A stretch of DNA of 63,729 nucleotides, counting the filler, from Reclinomonas americana ATCC 50394 (taxonomy: Eukaryota), in assembly GCA_048213135.1 (NCBI GenBank). It is 4 parts of 3 records of this genome, joined end to end, with 100 filler letters (N's around TTAATTAATTAA, not from the genome) between each part and the next. Parts side by side here need not be neighbours in the genome. Positions count along the whole stretch, not along the records: positions 19,886 to 47,719 come from PS015643.1; 3 more parts are not named here. One strand, written 5' to 3'. A model generated the notes under the pieces. That model was not told the origin of the DNA. It saw only the letters and a program-made list of their open reading frames with translations, and made no database searches. This document shows, one piece after another, positions 23,791-37,300 of this stretch. Every line of letters starts with the position of its first letter. Within the stretch, counting starts at the first letter, position 1. Made by a program: the position numbers and the translations under genes.

Positions 23791-24439
23791 TTAGAATAAT
23801 GTGGAAACTTCACTGATCCACACAACAATTAGCTTCTACCAGTGATCGTCAACAAGTCTCGCGTGCTTTCCTTCTACAACTAAAACTGTTTATAGTGCGC
23901 TCAACTTGCAGCACACACGCACACAATGGACGAACTCTTCTTGTGCTGACGAAACTGAAGAGCGCGCACATCACGCTGAAGCGCGTGAGCAACCGAGGGC
24001 GTTCAGGTCACTCACTCCCGGCCATATGAATGTGAAAACGTAAGAAGAGGAAACAGGTGAAAAGCCTCTTGGCGCCAACACATGCATTCAAATTTTCAAC
24101 CCCGACGTGCAGTCCCCGCTCGTCGCGCACGCTGTCGCAGTCGACGTCGCCACCACGCCACTCTTTGGCACACACTGCTTGGTCGATGCCGTAAATGTCC
24201 ACGAGCCGCATGCGGTCAACTGGGAGCACCACAGCGAGCATGTTTGTGGCCCGGTTGTCGTCTTGATCGCCCACGTGAGATCGCCACCAGGTCGATCTGC
24301 AAGCAGACAACAGCATAAGTCCCTCGATTCTCTCATCCCTCATCTGTGCGAGAGGACTCACCCGTGCTCGTCTGGAAACCGCTGCTGTCATACGTAGCCG
24401 CACTCGTCTTGCGTCCTGACACCAAGCAGAAATGTGAAC

Positions 24440-27400
24440 CGCACACGTTGCTGGTCTCTGCATTGGCTGCTGTCGCCGGCACGGTGCTCTGCATGCAAAA
24501 AGAAGAAAAGTCTGTCATCTCCTCACGAGCTCCCCCTTCTTCTCATCGATCACATGCCTTCAGCGTGCACAAATTCATGCCAGACGTGTTGGATGCCGCA
24601 GAAGCATCAACGAAGGTCCACGATCGGCACTGTGTCAAACGGTCGCACGCTTCACAACATGCCACCTCGCTTGCAGAAGCCGACACACCCAAGATTGTGC
24701 CGCCTGGTCGATCCACTGCCTCGAACTGGCACACCTCCAACGCCGCTACTCAGTGCAACAGAGAATGAGACGGTAGAAGATGCGAACTGGAGCCCGCAAA
24801 AGTAGCGCAACGAGCAACAACTCCGTTCTGCACCGTGGAACAACCGGCATTCGTTGCTACGCGAACATCAATCAAAATCAGTACTCAGGTCATCAACCAA
24901 CCTGCAACTGGTACACGTACGTGCACACACACAGATGAGAGAGAGAGAGAGAGAAAAGCAAGAGCAACAGAGCACGCCATCGTTGACAGATGTTCACTGA
25001 GTACCCACTATCAAAGAGAGGGAGAACGGGCGAGAACGGCAGACTCTCCCAATCAAAACAGTGTGTGCGCACGCCCGTCAACCTCGATCGCTGAGTTGCA
25101 ACCACCTAAAGCCTGCTCTTTCCTCTCTTGGCGATTAATATTTTGTGAGCATTCCTCGCAGCTCTTTCCTCTCGCCCCCCGTGACACCGCTCTGCACATC
25201 ACCCTTCCCTACTTTACTGACTGCCTGCGTCAACAGCTGACATCGTCCGTCGCCTTGCATCCTCCCCTCTTCACCTGCCCTTCGCTACCCATGGAAGTGT
25301 GCCACTTGTCATCTCTCATTCCCTTCCCCTTTCTTTGTCACTCCCCTCCCTTCCCCAAGTGCGCACCATAGACGATCATGAACTGCTTGGTGTACGTCAG
25401 CGCCCCGTCGCTCACTTGCACAAACACTTGCAGTCGCCGACTCAGTGGCGGAGCCACCGATAACGTCAGCTGATTGCCACCCACGATGCTGAATAGAGCC
25501 GCATGCACGCCACCCGCAATGCTGAATGTCGGCGTCAGTCCCGTGTTGAGATCCACCATGCTCAGTGTGCCCACGGTGAATGGCACCGGCGCACTCGAGT
25601 ATGTCTGCGCGCCCGACAGCAGAATGTCGCTCGGGCCAACACTCCCTGCACGCCTTAATCGTTCAGCTGACACGCATACACACTCATTCACACACATGCT
25701 TGCATACACACAGACATATGTAAACAGAGAGAGAGAGAGAGAGAGAAGAACAACATGAAGGCTATGAACACACAAACAAACAAGCAAAACAACAGCTGAA
25801 TGTTCCCTGCGCTCTCCCCTCCCCCCCCATTCCTCACCAATGGCGAATGCAGACACCGCTACGTATCCTTTGGCAGGCGTCCATCGCACGCACAGCTCGT
25901 ACGTGCCAGTAGCTGCACCCGCCGCTCCAATCGTCAGCGTGATGCTGGTCGCACTCCCAAAGGCACTGCTGACGGTGGTGCTGGCCACGGCTGTTGGCGG
26001 CGTCGTGGCTGCACAAAGCGGAGTAGCCAACACATACGCCGCCGTGTCTGCCGAGTTGTTGAGCAGTCCAGTACCCGTCAGTGTAATCAACTGGCCAGCC
26101 AGTGCCGACACAAAGGTGGCCGACAGCGACGTTACAGTGGGTGCTGCATGCAAATGCGCAAAGGTCAATTAGCATAATTGCATCACAACGCCACACAATC
26201 TCAACTCGCACACAACCAGCAATGTTGAGCGTCTGATCGAATGACATGGCCGGATTGCCATTGTCGGTCGTGCGCACAATCACCACCAGCGACGTCGTCA
26301 CCCCCGCACTCGCAAATTGCAGCTGGTTGCCAGACACAATCGTCACCAGCGCGCTGCTCGCACCACCCACCACCGAATACGTGAACGCCTGCTGCGAGTC
26401 CACATCAGTCGTGCTCATCGTGCCAATCGCCAGTCCTGCCGTGCTGGGCGGGATGTACGAACTCGCACTCAGTATCACCGCCGTTGGTGCATTGTTCACT
26501 GGCGGGACGGCAAGGTCAGCATCCACACCTTCATGATAATCAATCAACCATCCACTCACCCGAAGTCACATTGAACGACTTGTCGACAAACATGGGCGGC
26601 GTGCCGTTGTCGAACGAGCGGATCGAGACGGCCAGTGGACTGCCCGACTGGCCCGCCGATGTAATCTGCAGCTGTGCGCCACTAGTTGAAAACGTGCTCG
26701 CATTCGCTCCTCCAGTGATGATGTACGTGTACAGCTGGCTCCCATCACTGTCCGTCGTGCTCAAAGTACACACGGGCATGTTGGCGGTCGACGGGGCCAC
26801 AAACGTGGCGGAGCAGACAATATCGGTCGGCGTCGAGTTTGAGGTGGTGAAGGACATGGTGGAGCCGATGAGGGTGCTGGGCACGGTGGAAGTGGACAGG
26901 GCACGGAAGTAGTACGTCCAGTTGGCGGCAAGTGAGGTGAGCGACGCGGTGAGGGTGGTGCTGGAGGCGACGCCAGAGGATGCCGGGGTGGCGGAGACGG
27001 TGGTGGAGCCAATGGTCAGTCGGCGGATGGTGCTAGAGTCTCGAACTGAGAGGACAGATATTGAGAACCAAAATACTGATCTATCCCTTGCATGATCTCA
27101 TACCTGCAATAAACAGTGCGGATGTTACCGCATCGTATGCCATGAGATGCTGCACTCACAAATGAGCTCAGCGTCTGAAGCGAACAGCCACACACAATAA
27201 ATGCAGCGAACCGGCCAAGTGAACTGAGCAGTAGTGAGTGGGCTCCCGTCAGCGGCTCCGCTCACTCCCGCAGCACCGGCGATGGTTGTCACGGCACCAG
27301 TGCTGATGACGATTTGGCGAATCGTTTGGTTGCCACCCTTCAAAAGACGGCATCAGAGGACTCGAAACACAGAGCAACCAAATTCGCGACGCAACATCTG

Positions 27401-30400
27401 AAACGTAGAGAACGCCTCGGCCTCGATCCAACTGGATGCCAATCGGGTTGTTGAATCGAGCGGCAGTGCCGGTGGCATCTACGAAATCTGGGGACCCGAT
27501 CAGCGACCCCGCCAGAGTTGATACAGTCATCGCCAGCATGTCGATCACACGAATACAATGTGCCGATCGATCAGCTGCTCATCACCAAGGTTTGAGTGTA
27601 AAACATACCCACACTCTCTTTCNNNNNNNNNNNNNNNNNNNNNNNNNNNNNNNNNNNNNNNNNNNNNNNNNNNNNNNNNNNNNNNNNNNNNNNNNNNNNN
27701 NNNNNNNNNNNNNNNNNNNNNNNNNNNNNNNNNNNNNNNNNNNNNNNNNNNNNNNNNNNNNNNNNNNNNNNNNNNNNNNNNNNNNNNNNNNNNNNNNNNN
27801 NNNNNNNNNNNNNNNNNNNNNNNNNNNNNNNNNNNNNNNNNNNNNNNNNNNNNNNNNNNNNNNNNNNNNNNNNNNNNNNNNNNNNNNNNNNNNNNNNNNN
27901 NNNNNNNNNNNNNNNNNNNNNNNNNNNNNNNNNNNNNNNNNNNNNNNNNNNNNNNNNNNNNNNNNNNNNNNNNNNNNNNNNNNNNNNNNNNNNNNNNNNN
28001 NNNNNNNNNNNNNNNNNNNNNNNNNNNNNNNNNNNNNNNNNNNNNNNNNNNNNNNNNNNNNNNNNNNNNNNNNNNNNNNNNNNNNNNNNNNNNNNNNNNN
28101 NNNNNNNNNNNNNNNNNNNNNNNNNNNNNNNNNNNNNNNNNNNNNNNNNNNNNNNNNNNNNNNNNNNNNNNNNNNNNNNNNNNNNNNNNNNNNNNNNNNN
28201 NNNNNNNNNNNNNNNNNNNNNNNNNNNNNNNNNNNNNNNNNNNNNNNNNNNNNNNNNNNNNNNNNNNNNNNNNNNNNNNNNNNNNNNNNNNNNNNNNNNN
28301 NNNNNNNNNNNNNNNNNNNNNNNNNNNNNNNNNNNNNNNNNNNNNNNNNNNNNNNNNNNNNNNNNNNNNNNNNNNNNNNNNNNNNNTTTTCTCTCTTGTA
28401 CACACCGACGTAAAGGCGATTGGCCACTAAATCCAATGCCACGCCGTTCGGTCCACCAAACTTCGCCGTAGAACATGATCCATCGACAGTGCCTGCTGAC
28501 CCAATCGTACCGCAGTAGGCGGTGACCTCGCCACCATAAGTGACCTGTGTAGATAGGGTGGCAGGGTCTGATCATGAATATATTTACACACCGAATCGAG
28601 GCAGAGATGCATGCGCACACCTTTCTTACAGCATTGTTCGCCCATTCACCGACGTACATGACTTTGTTGTTAGAGTCGACAACCATTCCATGCGGACTAT
28701 TGAACTGCGCGCTTGATCCGATTCCATTCGCAGTACCCGCAGTCCCGTTGCCAGCCAGGGTCGACACAGATCCGGCAGCAGTGCTCACGCGGATTGCGTG
28801 GTTTAAAAGCTGTAACACGTGAACGCGATCGTGAGGTATACGCACTCGTCGCCGCGAAATTCTTCGAGAATCTCACAAAACGTCTACGCAACGTCAGCAA
28901 TGTACAAGTACCCGGTGTTCAGGTCGATCGACAAGTCAGTGGGCCAGCTAAAACGAGCTGCAGCGCCGATTCCGTCGACCATGCCTGATGTACCAACAGT
29001 TCCTAGAAACGTTGACGTCACCCCGCCACTCGTCACACGCCGAATTGTGTGATTGATTTGGTCGCACACGAATGCGGTGCCCGAAGCATCAAACGCAATG
29101 CACTGCCCAGTTGAGAAGCACGATGTGAAACACGGTACTACGATAACGCGTGAGCTCACGGTGCGATATATGAACCGTGGCGAGATTAAAACGAGCAGCA
29201 GTGCCAGTGCCGTCTGTCGAACCAANNNNNNNNNNNNNNNNNNNNNNNNNNNNNNNNNNNNNNNNNNNNNNNNNNNNNNNNNNNNNNNNNNNNNNNNNNN
29301 NNNNNNNNNNNNNNNNNNNNNNNNNNNNNNNNNNNNNNNNNNNNNNNNNNNNNNNNNNNNNNNNNNNNNNNNNNNNNNNNNNNNNNNNNNNNNNNNNNNN
29401 NNNNNNNNNNNNNNNNNNNNNNNNNNNNNNNNNNNNNNNNNNNNNNNNNNNNNNNNNNNNNNNNNNNNNNNNNNNNNNNNNNNNNNNNNNNNNNNNNNNN
29501 NNNNNNNNNNNNNNNNNNNNNNNNNNNNNNNNNNNNNNNNNNNNNNNNNNNNNNNNNNNNNNNNNNNNNNNNNNNNNNNNNNNNNNNNNNNNNNNNNNNN
29601 NNNNNNNNNNNNNNNNNNNNNNNNNNNNNNNNNNNNNNNNNNNNNNNNNNNNNNNNNNNNNNNNNNNNNNNNNNNNNNNNNNNNNNNNNNNNNNNNNNNN
29701 NNNNNNNNNNNNNNNNNNNNNNNNNNNNNNNNNNNNNNNNNNNNNNNNNNNNNNNNNNNNNNNNNNNNNNNNNNNNNNNNNNNNNNNNNNNNNNNNNNNN
29801 NNNNNNNNNNNNNNNNNNNNNNNNNNNNNNNNNNNNNNNNNNNNNNNNNNNNNNNNNNNNNNNNNNNNNNNNNNNNNNNNNNNNNNNNNNNNNNNNNNNN
29901 NNNNNNNNNNNNNNNNNNNNNNNNNNNNNNNNNNNNNNNNNNNNNNNNNNNNNNNNNNNNNNNNNNGAGAGAGAGAGAGAAGAGAGAGAGACTGACCTGT
30001 GGTGATGGTGAACGCCTTGTCGAAGAACAGCGCCGGTGATCCACTGTCCGTCGACCGAATCGTCACCGCCAGCGAGCTGGTCGCCTGCCCCGCCGCCACA
30101 ATCACCAGCGACTGACCGCTGATCGCAAACACCCCGCTGTTGGCGCCACCGACGATCGAGTACGTGAACGACTGGCTTGTGTTGCTATCCGTCGTCTGCA
30201 GTGCACACACGACTTGATTCGCCACCGACGGCGACACATATGTCGTCGACGAGCAACTAATATTGGTCGGAGCCACATTGGCCAAAGTGGAAAAGGACAC
30301 GGTGGCGCCATTGACGGTGCTTGGCGTGGAGGTGACACCGACGGCGCGATAGTAGTACGTCCAGTTGCTCACCAATCCACTGAGCGAGGCGGTAATGGAA

Positions 30401-31574
30401 GTGGCTTGGGAGCCAGTGGAGGTGGCAGGTGTGGCCGACACCGATTTCGATGCCAGCGAGAGGCGACGGATGATGTGCGTGGTGTAATCGGCAATGAGCA
30501 CCGATGCAGTCGATGCATCGAAGGCGAGGTGAACAGGCGAGTTGAAGCGTGCCACAGCCAGAGCACTGCCGTCGGCTGATCCACTCACGCCCGCCGCACC
30601 ACCAATGGTGCTCACGGACGAGTCTGACACTCGGAGTTGCCGCACGGTGTTGTTGGCAGACTGCGTGGACCAGAGGACAGTCAGAATCGAGAAAAGAGAT
30701 GCTCAGAGAGTGTGGTGAGTGGAAAGATACACAACATCGGCAACATAGATGACGTTGTTTCCTGCGTCGTAAGCCAGTCCGATCGGCGTGTTGAATCGGG
30801 CAAACTTTCCTGAATCGCGTGTACCCACAGCTCAGCGCGAACGTGAAGAACCAGATCGGGTACCCACCAGATCTAGTTGGATCGGATGAACTCACCGGCG
30901 GCATCCGTGGATCCAGACAAGCCGCTTGCTGAACCCGCCACCGTTCCCACCGTCATCGCCAACGTGTCAATGGCGCGTATGGAGTTGTTCACACGGTCAG
31001 CTGCAATGAAGTACAAACAATGAGGACGTGCGGGGTGTCATCTCTGCGCTTCCCCTCTCCGGATCCCCTATCTACACTCACCAACATACAGCGTGGAACC
31101 GACGAGAAGCACGCCGTTGGGACCACCGAATCGCGCCACTCCCGCGCACGCACCATCGGCGGTGCCACTCACGCCCGTAGAGCCACAGAAGGTCGTCGCC
31201 GCACCGGCATACGTCACTCGCCGAATCGTTTTGTTGAGCCAGTCGCCCACATACACTACCTGATTCGCGGCATCCACTGCCACTCCCGCAGGCTGGTTGA
31301 AGGAGGCCGCTGTGCCCGTGGCATCGGCACTTCCCGACGCTCCATTGCCCGCCAGTGTGGTGACCTCTGCCGCTGCAGTGACAGCACGCACGGCGTGGTT
31401 TGTCAGCTGTGAGAGACGCAGAGTCAGAGAGTCAGCAGAATGTGCGTCTGTCATACGTGGTCTTCTCTCCCACAACACACTCACATCGGCGACATAGACA
31501 GTTCCCGTGGTTTGATCAATGGCGAGGCCAGCGACACTGCGAGTATGTGTGAGTGCGTGAAGAAGAGAGAGATA

Positions 31575-31624
<50 letters not shown>

Positions 31625-32586
31625 AAAGACAGCGAGTATCCCCACGCACTTTTTGAACTGAGCTGCGTGCCCTGTGCCGTCCAGCAGGCCGCACGTGCTT
31701 CCCGCAAAGGTGGTCACTGTTGCTGCAGGTGTGACGCGCCGAATGCGGCAGTTGCTGCCCTCATCATCAAATAGTGTGTGTTTGGGACAGAAATGTCAAA
31801 ACGAATGCTGACAAACCTGAAGTCGCCCACATACACGTTGCCCATGGCGTCAAAGACCAGCCCCTGTTGAGAGAGCACGCACAGTGTGTCAGCGAAGGCG
31901 CATGGCAGGCACAGCAAGGACACGCGCGCCATCGTGATCACCATTGGGTTTGCAAATCTTGCACTTGCTCCCACGCCATCCGTCGTTCCCGAGGCGCCTG
32001 CTGTGCCCACGAAGGTGGAAACAGAGGCGGAGGAGACGCCAATGGCGGCAGCATAGGGGGACCACTCGAACGAGTTGGTGGTGCCGCCGGCGACATTGTT
32101 GGGATTGACCCACGCATTGAGAGTGGTGGATGAGCCAGAGATGTTGTCAGCGACGGCGGTGGTCACTGTCTGGGCGTCTGCAGTGTGGTGCAGAGAGAAG
32201 AGTGAGGTTCGCGTTTAAAGCACAAATGTCGTGGAATCCGAATTCGAACAAGCGCTGCGCTGCGCAGCGCTGCAGCATGCGCAGCCACGCAGCGCTGCGC
32301 ATGCGCGGTGGCGTACGCGCCCACGTGGTAAATATGCGATGACACGCAGTGCATTGCAAAACGCACAGACCCCCGAGCATGATTGAGCGCACCCACACCC
32401 ACGAACCCACACACACGCATGCGCATGCGCAGCGATGATGCGCACATGCGAACACGTGGACACGCAACTTGCAGAGACGACGAGTGAGTGGACGAGCAAG
32501 ACGATGAAGAGCGTAGCGATAGAGAGCGTATGCGTCTGATGCACTGAATAGCACAAGTGGCAACGAGACACAATTCGCGCGCTCAT
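24440..32586 (-). CDS. Large secreted/surface protein: signal peptide, 2x [FN3-like with inserted NHL propeller + cadherin-like], further cadherin-like and IPT/TIG-like domains, C-terminal PAN/Apple domain
   Basis: Signal peptide ..LFIVLLVHSLVVSA|NA-QT. NHL repeats (DG.G.AA.FN.P.G.A.D...YVAD..N..IR). Cadherin-like N.APT.I.....TTD.D....FTYS..GG.....TD.G. PAN CQFE..D..GG...CCEAC...CRSWTF...CTLK at ~24735-24560. The 3' end is uncertain. Confidence 0.75.
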
Positions 32587-34359
32587 GGAAACGGTTTCTT
32601 CCAGAGGAACAGCAGTCACAACAAACGGGGCTTTTCATTTGCAATCACTCTTTCCAGTAAAACCATCAGAGTAAGAGCAGAGCGTCAGCAAAGGAAACAA
32701 CCTCGAGTAGTCGTTCCGCGCTCTTTGTGAATACAAACAAGAGAAGAACGGACAGATACAATTGGATTACGATTGTGACTGCTCCGTTCTTCTCTTCCAG
32801 AAACCTCAGTATACTAAACAGTAACTATCACTTGAAACTCCAATTGCAAAATTTGGCGCCGGCGGATAAAAATTCACGATTCAACNNNNNNNNNNNNNNN
32901 NNNNNNNNNNNNNNNNNNNNNNNNNNNNNNNNNNNNNNNNNNNNNNNNNNNNNNNNNNNNNNNNNNNNNNNNNNNNNNNNNNNNNNNNNNNNNNNNNNNN
33001 NNNNNNNNNNNNNNNNNNNNNNNNNNNNNNNNNNNNNNNNNNNNNNNNNNNNNNNNNNNNNNNNNNNNNNNNNNNNNNNNNNNNNNNNNNNNNNNNNNNN
33101 NNNNNNNNNNNNNNNNNNNNNNNNNNNNNNNNNNNNNNNNNNNNNNNNNNNNNNNNNNNNNNNNNNNNNNNNNNNNNNNNNNNNNNNNNNNNNNNNNNNN
33201 NNNNNNNNNNNNNNNNNNNNNNNNNNNNNNNNNNNNNNNNNNNNNNNNNNNNNNNNNNNNNNNNNNNNNNNNNNNNNNNNNNNNNNNNNNNNNNNNNNNN
33301 NNNNNNNNNNNNNNNNNNNNNNNNNNNNNNNNNNNNNNNNNNNNNNNNNNNNNNNNNNNNNNNNNNNNNNNNNNNNNNNNNNNNNNNNNNNNNNNNNNNN
33401 NNNNNNNNNNNNNNNNNNNNNNNNNNNNNNNNNNNNNNNNNNNNNNNNNNNNNNNNNNNNNNNNNNNNNNNNNNNNNNNNNNNNNNNNNNNNNNNNNNNN
33501 NNNNNNNNNNNNNNNNNNNNNNNNNNNNNNNNNNNNNNNNNNNNNNNNNNNNNNNNNNNNNNNNNNNNNNNNNNNNNNNNNNNNNNNNNNNNNNNNNNNN
33601 NNNNNNNNNNNNNNNNNNNNNNNNNNNNNNNNNNNNNNNNNNNNNNNNNNNNNNNNNNNNNNNNNNNNNNNNNNNNNNNNNNNNNNNNNNNNNNNNNNNN
33701 NNNNNNNNNNNNNNNNNNNNNNNNNNNNNNNNNNNNNNNNNNNNNNNNNNNNNNNNNNNNNNNNNNNNNNNNNNNNNNNNNNNNNNNNNNNNNNNNNNNN
33801 NNNNNNNNNNNNNNNNNNNNNNNNNNNNNNNNNNNNNNNNNNNNNNNNNNNNNNCAAATGTACACATACACCTCTTTTATGGTGCTAATTGTCGTGCTTA
33901 GCAGTGCGGATGCAGAGTAAGCTTCTGCTTTGCTTAGCTTTGGTAGCTGCAAGTGTGAGAGTGTTGTTGATTGCAAATTGTTTGTTTTCGATTTGCGAGT
34001 CCCGCTGCTGCGCATTCCAGCGGGGGAGGGCGCGCGACAGAGGCCGAGGGAGAGTGCGGCATTTCGCGATCGTATTGCACAAGGCGGGCGGCAGAGATCA
34101 CATGAGCGGCAGTGGTGACAGAGAGAGCATGCGCAAGGAGGAAGAGTCGGTCAAGGAGAAATACAGACGCTCTTCTTCTGCAACTGAAGACTGTGCATCT
34201 GGTTACTTGTGCCTACTGCAACAACCCTCGGTCCTTCTCGATCTGCATTGTGAAAACAACGACTCAGGTCGGCACTGATGACATGCGTGACTGCAAAGAC
34301 CACCCGATGATACAGTTGCAAAACAATATCTCTGTACATCCTTTACCTTTCTCTCTTTT

Positions 34360-37300
34360 TCACAACACTGTGCACGCACACGAAGCCGGCGGAGCAGTCG
34401 CCGCACCACCCGCCGCCGGAGCCGGCAGCGGGCGACTGCTCTTCACCTGTTGCTGTTGCTGCTGCTGCTGCTGCCGCTTCTCCACCACCACCGGCACATC
34501 CGACAACTCGTCGTCAGCAGTCGCTGCATCATCGTCGCGAGCGGCCGCCAACTGTGTGGACTCCGACGACGACGCGCCTTCCGAGGCACTAGCTTCGTCG
34601 GCCAGTTCGACTCGTGCCTTTGGCGCCTCAACGGGAGCAGAAGGGTGCTCTGGAGGAGCAGCAGCTTGCGCATGCTCAACCGGTGCCGCCGGCGCACCAT
34701 CCACCACTGCCGCCGGCTGCCGCTCGGGCATGGCAGCGAGAATCGACAGAGGCAACGGCATGGTAGTTGGTCGATGATGTCGCTTCCAGTTCTGCGTCGA
34801 CACCAATCAGCGAATGCAACAGTGACGAGCAAGAAATAATCGTGCAAACCTCCACTGTGCGATTCACACGCTCTTGCCACCCGGCCTCCGCTGGATTGAT
34901 GGTCTTCATCGGTCGCGGATGCAAGCGCTGTGTATTGCGAGCAACAAGTGAGGGGAGAGTGATGCAAGAGGAAGGAATCGCAACGACATGCGCACCGTCG
35001 GAACCATCTCCACCAGGAATGCGGGCACCCAGCAATCCTTTTCCGCCTCCTATACTCGTATGAATGAGAAGCTGCACGAGAACCAATGTCACAGACTGGT
35101 AACGCACAACAGCAGCCAGTGCATCCGGTGTTTCGATGAGCTCGCCATCGCGGAAGAAGCACTTGTTTCGATCAGTGGGAATGCCAATCATCTACGCGTC
35201 AAGCATGTGGGCGCACAGGAGAGGAAGTGACTCTCCACTTCACACCAACCTGACAGGCATGCCCACTCCCGGTGAAAAGTCGAATCGGGCACTGCAGGAT
35301 CGTGTCCCACAGCGTGCGGCGCTGCTTGGCCTCCTTAAAGGCGGCCACGAAATCCGCCTGGCCGATCTGTGGGTGTTGCTTGCTTCAGTCTATGGATGAC
35401 GCTCCTGACTCACACACACACACACACACACGAGATACCTTGCCGTCACCGTCGACATCGTACCGCCGCACCAGATCGTCCAGCTGTTCGTCGACCAGGT
35501 CGCGCGCAACGTCGTACTCGGCGCGCAGCCACGCCGCGAACCTGGCTTTGCTCAGCGAGCCTTCCTCGTCTGCAATAAAGGGGAAGGCATTGAGATGTCG
35601 AGAAAGAGAAGGGCAAGAAATAAAGTAAGCACAGGTTGGAGTGAAGAGAGTGAGAGCGGCTGGCGTGATTCTAACTCTTCTGACACATGACTGAACAATG
35701 GATGGTGCATTCAAACAGTGCCACTCTCTTACTTTCTCTCATCCTGCAACGAATGAGGACGAAGACGATGTCGATTCGCAGTCGTACTCTCTTCTCTCTC
35801 TCTGCTGATCGTGCGTCAGTGAAATGCATGCCAATTTTGAAGGCAGCTGCGTCGACGCTGGTTGCAAGCTATTGATTGCCATCCCAAGCATGCTTACCTC
35901 TGCGCTCTCTCTCAGACACTCAAAAACTCTCATTCTTTGCTGGACATTCTTTTCCCTGATTTCGCTCTTCTTGTGCCATCGGCAAGCGCTCGCGTGCAGT
36001 CTCTCTCGTCTCTCTCCCTCTCCTCTCTCACTCCCCTCTCTCTCAAGCACACACCCTCCATCTTTCGCACTCTCTCAACAAACTTTGCTGTATCACCGAA
36101 AAGAACTTGCACCTCTTTTCTTCTCCCTCTCGTCTCTCTACACACAGCTGTGAAGTGTCACTGAAGGCACCTGCAGCTCATTTCTTCTCCCTCTCGTCAT
36201 TCTCTCTCTCTCTCTCACACAGAGGCACGCAATCTCTCATCATATGTCGTACCACGATTCTCTCTCATTGAGCTATGCTGTGTCACAGTGAAAAGGGCTT
36301 GGAGCTCATTTCTTCTCCCTTTCGTGATTCTCTCTCTCAGATACACACCTTCTCATTATGTCGCACAATACGCCCTCTCAACGAGCTATTCTGTGCCACT
36401 GATAAGGGCTTGCAACTCTTTTCTACTGCTCTCTCGTCTTTCTCTCTCTCTCTCTCTCTCTCTCAGACTCGCATCTGCACAATTTGTCGTATCTCATTGA
36501 GCTATGCTATGTCGTTGAAGGGTTTCTTCTCCATTCTTCTCTCGCAGACACACTCACTTTCTCATTCTTTCGTACACTCTTCTTCCTCATCGAGCTGTGG
36601 AAACTCTCTCCCTCTCCCTCTCCCTCTCCCTCCCTCTCCCTCCCCTCTCCCTCCCGCCCCCCTTCCTCTCACCCACCTTCATCATATCGATTGAACATCT
36701 GCTTCGCCTCCTTCTCAATCACCGCATCACTCCACCGCTCCGGGAACAGCTGACATCCCCACGCTCAATGAGGACCATCACCGCACAACAACAATGACGC
36801 TATTAATCAGCCTCACCTCCGCCGCATCGGCCAGTCGCAGCGGTGCGCCCAAGTGTGAATTCCAAAAGCCAAAGTACTGGTCGTACGGATAGTTGCCGAG
36901 TTGAATCCACTGATCGGTGTTTGGCGACGCTGTGGCAGGGTCGATCGACTGGCAGGCCTCTGCTGGCATCCACCTGCGGCGATGCAGCAGTTAGGAAAGG
37001 CTACTTTGCAATAACTGTAGGAGAGAAAAACACAGACGCACCCAATGCCCTCGGCCCAGATCATGGCGCTGACATGTGGTCCCAGGTGGTAGAGACCGGT
37101 GGACTCGTCGACCAAATTGTAGCCGTTGCCCCACCGAGTGCTGCACGGAATGCCTGCCATGCGCACCGCGTACATGAAGAATGTGTTGAAGGAGCCGCAC
37201 TGGCCGTATCCTGTTCGATCGGGAATGAGTCGCTGCACTCACAAGGTGGTGCCACGGGAAATCGACGACGCACCAAGAATGAATGGCGCCAGCACGCCTG

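Noticed and set aside
32250..32310. GC-rich quasi-palindrome (gcgctgcgc..gcagcgc)
   Set aside because: Low-complexity intronic sequence; no tRNA or known ncRNA features recognised.
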